DNA of 64,000 nt from Thalia democratica. Lineage: Eukaryota. Below are positions 46,201-55,433 of this stretch, piece after piece. Positions within the stretch are counted from its first letter, which is position 1. Each line of letters opens with the position of its first letter. Location of the stretch: NCBI GenBank assembly GCA_965202585.1, contig OZ241830.1, positions 32,860,001 through 32,924,000 on the forward strand, written 5' to 3'. The notes under the pieces are model-generated. The model ran no database searches. It was not told where the DNA came from and saw nothing but the letters and a program-made list of their open reading frames with translations. The translations under genes were made by a program, and so were the position numbers.

Positions 46201-49200
46201 TTTATTAAGCAAATAATTTATCAAATCACATTTTCAAATTACTTTTAAAAGATTTTTTTAATCACTGTTACCTTTATGAGTTTGTTTCAACGCTGTAGCA
46301 TATGAAGCAAACAAAAAAGTCCAAAAACAATAGCTTTCATAAAACTGTCTGCTTTTGAAAACATTCAAAAAAGTTCGAATTTGTGGCATAACTGCTTTCA
46401 TCTTTTCGTGTGAAAATTTATTAAATACCCGTGCACTTCACTGGCTAATTCCATTTTAATACAATGCCTCAGATACGAAAATTGTCCTTGAAAAGGGCCA
46501 ATTAGGTCCAGGTGACACCCGTCATTATCACCCATCAGCACCCACGTAATCCAATCAGCAGCGCCGAATCAAAGTTTTAATCCAATCAAATTCATATGAA
46601 CTGATATGTTGCGAAATTCCTCATAAAGGTTTTCGTGAGAAAGGCTTGTGTTGCACAAAGTTCAAACATTTTAAGTTTGATATGTATGTTTTTTAAACTT
46701 AAGGTCAACTTCGTCTAACCAATCCTAAAGTTTTAATATTAAATTTATTAATAAAACTAACATTTGACCACTTATTCATTTTATCTGTATAAAAAACCTT
46801 CAGTAGAAGCATGTTTTTTTTTTCTGTTGCAAGTTTGTAACACAGAAGCAAAAAATTCAAACTGTTAACTTATTTATTTTTAAACATTAAAGGATGACAC
46901 TTTTCTTCATTAAGTCTTTATTTCGGCTTACAAAACTATTACATGCTCCATTTACAATATGCGCCATTTTGTCTTACTTCTTTTGCAACGTATAAACTTT
47001 GAAATATTTACTCTCTAAAAGTTTAACGTGCGTTTTATACACAACTTAAAGTTGTAATTTTAGCTGGGTTTATTTAGTTCATATACATATTAAATGCTTA
47101 AAAGGCTAACATTATTTAACAATTTAAACTTTAAGTTTAGCTTTTTATTAAGTAAATGTCTAGATCGCAGAGTACTTTCTAAGTTTTGACATGTTTATAG
47201 TTCATTCTGATCATTTAATTTTACAACTGCCTTTGTCTTATACACATTTTTTTAGGCAAACGTTTAGATGTTTAAAAATTTAACGACATTTATAAATTAA
47301 AGCGATTCAAAAACATTTTATAAATAATAGATCTTTTTAGAATTATTATGTAAAAAAAGTTAACGACATTTTTCGATACGTTAAAGAAGTATTTGTCAAA
47401 AAAAATATTGTTTAGTTGTATAAAAATCAAATCAGCAATGTTTTAAAATGTATAAAGAAAAACTTTGTTCAGTATTTTTTCAAAACTTCAAACACATTAA
47501 ACAAAAAACAATGAGTGTTAAATTAAAATGGAATGCCTTTATAGTATAATAAAAAAAACAAAACAACCAACGTATAACACAGGCAGGAAGATCAGACCGG
47601 TGAAGTTGAAGGTGCTGGGCAGGAGGGCTCACGTCAGCCGCCAGTCCTTCCTGGCCGCCTTCTTCGCGGAGGAGGACGATCTCGCCACCAGGTCGCTGTA
47701 CCACAGCAGGAGGAAGCTGAAGAGGAAGAAGAGGGAGGCACCGCAGAAGAGGGAGGCCACTCTGAGGGACAGGGGCTGGAAGGCCGGTCAGTTTGTGATA
47801 AAAATTGTTTTAATACAAGCTTTTTTAAGCTTACAAAAGTGTATCCGAAAGTAGGAAGTACTTAGAAATAAGTTGATTAAACTTGTTTGTGAAGAAAAAA
47901 TAAACGAAAAATTATAAATTTTACAACACCTAAGAAGTACTTCTTAAAAACATGCTCTATAAAGTTTGTTGCAACATTAAGATTTATGTAATAATCAATT
48001 TCTATATACTGTCTCAATAAAGTTATTTTTTAGATGACGTCTACCCACCTGCATTTAAATTATATTTTAAAATTCTAAAATTATTCTAGACTTCTGTCAA
48101 ACTCAACCCAGCATAATTGGTCCAATAATCGCAATTAAGGCTTTAGTCGGGCACAAAACGCAACATTAATACATGATTACGTTATGTTGAAACTGAAACC
48201 TCATTATTCCAGACTTTTTAAATAAGCACCTGCTGTTTAGACACATTAAAATGGCATTGCGGTATGGACAGTTTAATCATGTGGTTTCGCTAATCCTCAA
48301 ACAACTGGTTGCATTTTAAAACATTCGTTGCGCTTGAACGGTTTTTGTTTGTTTTTTGTTGTCTAAGATTGCAGAAATTTACGGTTTATAAATCTTATAG
48401 TCGTTTAAACAGCTTTTTTTTAGAGTTAATAACAAACAAATGACCGTTTCTATAAATACTTTTAAAGAAAGCATGTTTATAACATTGGTTGTAAAAAGTA
48501 AACCTAATACTTAAACAGAAGCTATATACAAAAACTTAAGGAAATTGAAGCGATTAAATTAAGTTAGAAATTGTAAACATTGTTGTATTTAAACAACGAT
48601 AAAAACTAATATGTTATAACGATGAGAGGAACTAAGAAGTGAAAAAAAAAATATTTACACGAGACAACTTATGTTTGTCTTTCTTTATAATGTCCTACAA
48701 TGAAAACATACATTAAAGGTGCAGTTCTTATTGTTATTTTTTAACGTTAGCTTTTTAATGTATGAATAAAAATAAGATTGTTTGCTTTTTACAAGAGATA
48801 TGAATAAAATGTTTATGTAAACTTTATTTAAAACACACAAAATTTGCTATAAATACTATTTTCATTCACATACAGACTCTTCATCGCAAAAGTACTCGGG
48901 AAACTCGCTGGCCAACTCAATACTGCCGCAGAATATCGGTGGTCAGAACGTTGACAGCAAACACCTTCCGTATGGTGGCGCAAAAGAGCAACCGCAGAGA
49001 AGGCACAGCAGAACCAACAAGGCGAGGAAGAACCGCAAGCGAAAGAAGAGTCAGTTGGACCATTTTTTAATAAATTTTCTTTATATACTCCGAGATATAT
49101 TTTTTTGTTATTACGGTTTATTGAAATTTCTTGGAAAGTATTGTTATAACAAGTTTAGTATGTAAAATTTGTAGTTTGTTCGAAATGATTATTTTTATTT

Positions 49201-49963
49201 GTTTTTGTAGATCGCGGTCAGAAATATTCTCCACAGACGACAGCCCCACCCTCCGAAAATGAATTTTGTAGAAGGATGTCGCTGAAAGTCGACTTCAGAA
49301 AACTTAATTGGGAGGTTAATAACACCTTACCTATGTCCTAAGTCCTATAATTAAATAAAATTAGAAACTATATAAGGAACTTTTAACTTAGTCTTTTTCA
49401 AAACACAAGGTTTTAAAACTGTCCTTTTATCGGTTTTTGTTTTTTTTTAATAAAAATTTAGGATTTAAATTTATTAACTTATATAAAAAACTATATAGTT
49501 TTTTTAGCAAATTTTGTGTTCTGATAATTTTTAATCCACTTTCAACAGTTTTCCTAGGTTCTGATAATTAATTTTTTATTAATTAGTTACATTAGTTTTA
49601 CCTAAACCACTTTAAAAGCTTAAATTAATTTGTTTGAGTGAAAGTATTAAAACGAGCAACAACTTTCAGGACTGGATAGTGGCACCGACCCACTACACGG
49701 CTTTCCGGTGCGAGGGCTTGTGCGCCTTTCCCCTCCAAAACCACATGAACGCCACCAACCACGCCATCATGCAGTCCCTGGTCAGCCTCATCCAGCAAAA
49801 CTCCCCTCACCATGGCAACCGCCACCACCAGGAGCCGCTGTCGAACCCGTGCTGCTCGCCCATCGACCTCGACCCCATCACCGTCCTCTACTTCGACGAC
49901 TCGAGGACGGTGCTGTACAAGAAGTACAAGGACATGATCGTCAGGTCGTGCGGCTGCAACTGA
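40267..49963 (+). CDS. BMP5-8: TGF-beta family ligand of the BMP5/6/7/8 (60A/gbb) subgroup, divergent; 8 coding exons, 549 aa
   Basis: GT-AG exons 40267-40500, 40807-41068, 43427-43613, 45281-45471, 47583-47786, 48876-49049, 49211-49314, 49670-49963 (1650 nt, phases consistent). Signal peptide [17 protein letters not shown]. Prodomain motifs [13 protein letters not shown] and GWTMFDV. Furin site RKKR. Seven-cysteine knot FCRR...[19 protein letters not shown]...CC..LYFDDS....[12 protein letters not shown], closest to BMP5-8 ([26 protein letters not shown]). Subgroup assigned by motif recognition only. Confidence 0.9.
44270..44760. promoter_or_regulatory. Candidate intronic enhancer (BMP intron 3) with TAATCC/CCAAT composite sites
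   Basis: TAATCCAAT at 44608 and 44648, further GGATTA sites, GTAAACA, ATTGGCTG; GC-richer than the surrounding intron. Confidence 0.5.
45641..45913. repeat. Perfect 109-bp inverted repeat (arms 45641-45749 and 45805-45913, 55-nt spacer), MITE/foldback-like, in BMP intron 4
   Basis: The arms are exact reverse complements when checked base by base. (TA)n tracts lie nearby. No unambiguous TSD. Confidence 0.92.
46380..46660. promoter_or_regulatory. Candidate intronic enhancer (BMP intron 4) with two more TAATCCAATCA sites
   Basis: TAATCCAATCA at 46547-46557 and 46578-46588 in a GC-richer island. Confidence 0.5.
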
Positions 49964-51651
49964 TCGGGATTTTTGGCGGGAATTAAGTGACAGGTGAAAG
50001 AGTTTCGGCGGGTAAACAGTCAAGATGGTTGAGAACATAGCGAGAAGTTTTGTAATTCAAGACAGCTTTTTTTTTTGTGGGAGGTTTACTGAGTGTATGG
50101 CTGGTTTTCAAGAGTTAATGATGTCAGCTGAAGCGAACCAATGTTTTTTTTTTTAGTTTATCTTATAGAAAATTTCTTATTCCATTTTCTGTGTCTGTAG
50201 CCCTTTTCTTCAATACAAACTAAAAAATATTTTTTAATTTTCTTTTAACAATACCAATGATAAAAGTGTCAGTTTTGTTAAAGTAGGTTACAATAAAATT
50301 CACTGTGAGTACCTATTTATTGAATTAACTATTTTTCTTAATTCTTAGCTGTAGTTATATAGTTAAGTTTTTTAAAGCAAGAAATTACTTACTTATCTAG
50401 TTAATAATATTTTTGTATAACGTTAATTCTATTAGCAATTTAAAATATACAACCATGTATAAACTACTTTTTATCATATAAATGTAAATTTGTAGTAATA
50501 CAACTTGAAAACAGTTTTTCTTGTACAAAAATTACTTATACCTATTTACTTGATTTTTTTTTTTGTAAGCTTTTTTATACTAATAAACTTTTTTTATTAA
50601 CGTCATTGTTTAAATAACAAAAATATGCTACAGCTGTTTTAATTGTATCTATAAAAAAATGTTTGTAAAAGTTTATAAGGACTATTTACAAACAGAATGA
50701 TGTATTACAATAAGTAGGTTAAAATTATTTTCTCTTGACAAAAATTTACAAACTATATATGTTCACAATATTTGTCATCTAAGATTTTGTAACTATGGAT
50801 ACTTAAATCACGGTCCTTAATCTATAATTTAATTGATACACATAAATCAAAAACTTAAAAAAAGTTTCTTAACGACAGACATTTTTATTTTTTAAAGTTT
50901 TACATTATAAACATCAAAAAAAACTAGATTTTAGCTAATTTTTAACAAAAATATATGAGAAAAGCTGCTAAACAATAGAAAATAAAAGACATTGCTTTAT
51001 ATGAAAATATCCGAATAAGTAATAGTTATATTAGATGCATACATATCAATTTATTTAATGCATTAAATCAGGGCGTACATTAGAACTTGATTTCTTTGAT
51101 TTGATAAAATATCATTTAGGTAATAAAATGTTTTTTACGGAAAATATTTGTTTTGAATATTTGAATTTGACGAACCTTCTATTTTTATCATTAAAATTAT
51201 CTATGTACAGTGTAAAGTACATTTTACATTATGAAAACAAAACTAACAAAATTTGTTAATAGAAAGAACTATAAACTAAATATCGAAATAACAACATAGC
51301 TTAAAACACTTTTATTATACTAAAAGCACAATATCAGAAATTACAGACTCTTAATATTAACTAATCAGTTAAACAGCAGTAAATGTACTAAATAATTCCA
51401 ATGCAACAATTTTGTTGTTAAGACTATGAAACTAAAAAACAGCACAAGTATTAAAAAAAAACTGTCGCACCTTAAAAATTAAATTAAACTTTGCATCATT
51501 ACAAGGAACACGAAATTACCTGAACAGTTTTAAATAGTTAATGTAAATTAATAAAGACAGAACTTACATAAAGTCTACCTATGGGATGAATTTTTATACT
51601 GGAAAAGTTAAATAAATGTAAAATTTAAATACTTGTCTAACTGACCAACGA

Positions 51652-51927
51652 TCAACAAAGAGTGCATCTCCCTGGAAGAGTTGATTTTAGTCTGATCGCG
51701 CGATCGTAGCAGTGCAAATGAACAACACGTCCACAGCGTGAACAAGCTCTTCTGGGACAATCTACTTCGTTGATGCGGAGACACCTGTCGCACGGACCGG
51801 CAAGCGGTTTCAAGCATAAACAGCACGTTTCATCTTTCTTCCCCGGTTTTCCACTGGATCCAGATCCTTTGTTTCTCCTTGTTCTCATCGCACATTTGGA
51901 ACTTTTAGTAGGCATTTGGCTGTTCAT
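51652..51927 (-). CDS. Small intronless Cys/His zinc-finger protein (91 aa), Rbx1/APC11-like RING-H2-variant spacing, copy A
   Basis: C-x2-C-x7-C-x2-C-x7-C-x7-C-x4-H-x-H-C-x14-C-x2-C. The pattern is conserved in paralog B. A splice acceptor ttattttcag| lies 13 nt upstream of the ATG. The ORF is GC-richer than its flanks. Confidence 0.7.
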   Translation of the reverse strand: MNSQMPTKSSKCAMRTRRNKGSGSSGKPGKKDETCCLCLKPLAGPCDRCLRINEVDCPRRACSRCGRVVHLHCYDRAIRLKSTLPGRCTLC

Positions 51928-52872
51928 TTTTAATGTTATGCTGAAAATAAGCCAAAAAATAATGGTTTTAATATTTTTAAAGTTATGTTAAATTACTAGT
52001 TTTCTGAAAAAACCGCATTATTAGTCACAAAAAAAAATTATACCTCTGTATAAATGTTTAAAGTAAGATAATAAGTTAATTTAAGTAATTTGACAACTGT
52101 TTACTTCAAAAAATTGTGTTTTAATTTTGCTCTATGTTAGCATTATTAAGATAATACATACTTATACTTTAAACAATCGTTCATTTTCATTAAAGAAAAA
52201 GGTAATTTTTTAATATGATAATTAATAATCTACAATTTCATTTTAGCATTATGTTTAGCACAGTTTAATTTTATTAAAAAGGCAATACAAATGAAAACAA
52301 TGCTTATTTTTGTTTAACTTTAATCAAAACTTGATATCAAAAGTTATATTGATGATATTTTTGAATCATTATTTCCCTCAATATAATATCTGTATTTGTA
52401 CCTCTTTCAATATATTCAATTAAAATAATTTCGTAATTGGTTACCTTTAATTAGGTTACCTTAATAAGAAATAATAGTAATAAACAATAAATATCAAGGT
52501 ATTTCTTCACTTTTTATAAAGACTTATATTACTAATAGACTTATAGCTAGTGTTGCTTTGTTTACTAAACACTGAACACTTAATATATTTTCTATTATAA
52601 CCTCATATGCTCCTAAGTTTTGTGAATAATTGATATTCAAAATGGCAAGCCTAGTACAGAGTAACTGTTATATTTTTTTGTAGAAAATTAAACATTTAAG
52701 TTGCGCAACATTACTTACTTTTGAAATGTAAAATATCTTAATACCAATTAATTAGTTAAAAAATATTTTATACTAAAGCTTTAAATATTTTTTAATTACA
52801 TTCAATTGTTGAATTAGTTTAACTCAAAGCACAGGGACAGACAAAGTTGCTATAAGTGTTATTTTTATTCAG

Positions 52873-53602
52873 ACTTATCAAGGCAAAAGTACTCTGGAAA
52901 CTCGCTGGCAAACTCAATACTGCCGCAGAACATCGGTGGTCAAAACATTGAAAACAAACACCTACCTTATGATGGCGCCAAAGAGCAACCACAGAGAAGA
53001 CACAGCAAAACCAATTGGGCGAGGAAAAATCGCAAGCAAAAAAAGAATCGGTTTTGTTTTTATTTAAGTTGTACTATATAGCTCTAAAACTTATATTATA
53101 CATCATAAAACGATTTCTCAGTTATTTTTGGAATGTATAACTTTAAAAGTTTTAAAACTTAAATTTTAAGTTTTGTAGAATAAAGTTTTTTTGTTGAAAA
53201 TGGTCAGCAATATTCTCCGTAGACAACAGCCCCAACCTCTGAAAATGAATTTTGTAGAAGGATGTCGTTGAAAGTCGACTACAGAAAACTTAATTGGGAG
53301 GTTAATGACATTTTTAAAATAGTAACTAATCTTTTTAATTTAATTTTTAAAATAGTAACTACAATCATAAAGTTTTATAACAAATAAAAAATAGAAAATA
53401 GCTTAAGGAAATATTCCCCTAGATATTTTACAATTCATTTAAGATAGTCTATTTATAGCTGAGTTTATATTTTTGCTAAAATTTCTGTAAACAATTTAAT
53501 TCAGTTAATATTCAGTTTATTAATATGTATTAAAAATATAATAAACGTTTTTTCAGCAAACTTTGTGTCAGCATTATTTTTAGGTCGTACGGCTGCAACT
53601 GA
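52873..53602 (+). pseudogene. Decayed duplicate of BMP exons 6, 7 and the last 21 nt of exon 8
   Basis: Exon 6' 52873-53046: 25/174 differences, acceptor intact, donor GTCAGT changed to ATCGGT. Exon 7' 53197-53300: CAG changed to TAG at 53220-53222. Nearly all of the cystine-knot exon is deleted; only aggtcgtacggctgcaactga (53582-53602) remains, followed by a 3'UTR copy. Confidence 0.92.
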
Positions 53603-55226
53603 TAGGGATTTTTTGCGGGAATTAAATGACAGGCTTCTGCGAGTAAACAAATAGTTGAGAACATAGCGGAAAGTTTTGTAATTTCAAGAAAACTTTGTTT
53701 TTTCTGTGGAATGTTTCTGTGGAAGAACTGAGGTATATAGGGGATTTTTAAGAGTTAATGGTGTCAGCTGGAACATTTTAATGTTTTATTTTTGTTCATT
53801 TTTTGGAATTTTTTTTATTAATTTTCTGTGTCTGTAACTCTCTTCTTCAAGATGAATTGCTTTACAAATATTTTTTGGTATATTATAAGCAAAAACATTG
53901 AAAAAAGTTTTTATTTTGTTAAGGTAAATTACTTTGAAATTCACTATGAATAGTTGTTTATTATACTGACTGTTCTTTTTCCTCAAACGCAATTCTCTTA
54001 AGTTTCCACAGCATAAAATATTCTGGCTAATTCCTTTTGTTTTGAAACACTTTCAAACAATATTCAGCAATTACATTGTTGTAAAAGTTTAAACTCTACA
54101 ATCGTGTATAGTTGTTAGCTAAGATAGTTGTTTCTAAAAAAAAATCTTTAAAAATTAATTTTACGGACTGTTTAAAAAACTAAATATGTGATAAAGAAAC
54201 TTGTAACAATTCATTTTATTTTATAGAAATCTTTCTTTTTTTTAACTTAACAGCTAAAAACTAAAACTGCACTTCAGTGTAGGATAGGCAACATTTCTTG
54301 TCGGCGAGCCAGATTAAATTAAAACATTTCTAGCTAGCACCGTTATTATGAAAAGTTTTACTTACTAGTGAAAAACGTGTTCAAAGTAGTAACAAACTAT
54401 AATAACATTTTTATAAACAAAACTGTGCACTAAAAAGAAACTTAGAACAGCATCAATTTCTTACGGAAATCACTATACTTAATTAGCAAAATATTTTTTA
54501 GATTTTTCTGTAGAAGAAACTCTGGTCAAGTTCTTTAACACTATATTTTCAAAACATTTTGATTCAAAAATTTTTATTTCATTTTATTGTCTTATAATAT
54601 TAATCAAAAGTACTATTGTAAAAACATGACATTAGTTGTTATTTAGTAATATTTGTTAAATATTGAAAAAAACTGAAGTGTATTTATATTCAAATCTGTT
54701 TAAAATTATTTTTGTACATTTCGTTTTTACAATGATGTCTTTTAAGATTTTGTTAACATGTTTGACGAATTTTCTTATATTATTAAAGTAAATATCAATG
54801 TTCAGTACATTGTACAACATGACGACGAATTTATTATATATAACACTTGCAATGATAACTTAAACTAGATATGCTAAAAATTATGCAAAAAACTACACAG
54901 CTTAGAATTCAATTTTCATTTTTTGATAGAAACAATAGCAGAAGAAATAACAGGTTTATAAAAAAAGTAAGTCACTTAACTATAATACACTAAGTTGATT
55001 TATTTTATTAAGTGTATGAAACTAAAAGCAGTAGTTATAGGTGTTCAAAATTAATTTTTTAATCTTAGAAATTTTTTAATTAAATTCTGTAAAGTTGAAA
55101 TGAGCACGAATCTCACGAAGCTCTAACAAATCAATTTTTAAGACAGACAGTTTGCAATGCAGTCTACCCCTGTAGATAAACTATGCGATAAATGTTTTAA
55201 CAAAAGAGATTGTACAAATGTACAGT

Positions 55227-55433
55227 TTAAAACAATTCACAATCACGACACCTGCTTTTAAGACGAGGAACTGGTTGTAGTGCTTTTGCGTTCTCATTGC
55301 AGTGCAAATGATAAGCACGTTTACAGGCATTATAAGATTTTGTAGGACATTCAACGCTTTTGATATTTCTACATCTTGAACACGGAACTGCGACAGGATC
55401 GTTACAAAACCAGCATCGTACATCGTTCTTCAT
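55227..55433 (-). CDS. Zinc-finger micro-ORF copy B (68 aa from an internal ATG; ancestral frame 55227-55517 has a TAA at codon 20); possibly a pseudogene
   Basis: Codon-by-codon collinear with copy A without frameshift. It retains CWFC-x7-CSRC-x7-C-x7-C-x4-HLHC-x16-CRDC. Stop at 55458-55460; a new ATG replaces copy A Gly29. Same acceptor spacing (13 nt) before the ancestral ATG. Confidence 0.55.
   Translation of the reverse strand: MKNDVRCWFCNDPVAVPCSRCRNIKSVECPTKSYNACKRAYHLHCNENAKALQPVPRLKSRCRDCELF

Noticed and set aside
49806-49821. X-box-like ACCATGGCAAC inside BMP exon 8
   Set aside because: Explained by the His-Gly-Asn codons; only a half-site match.
40267-49963. ADMP identity and a Pinhead-Admp type locus
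   Set aside because: The C-terminal motifs ([26 protein letters not shown]) fit BMP5-8 rather than ADMP (LYFDDDENVVLKQY), and I saw no Pinhead-like Cys-rich exons upstream.
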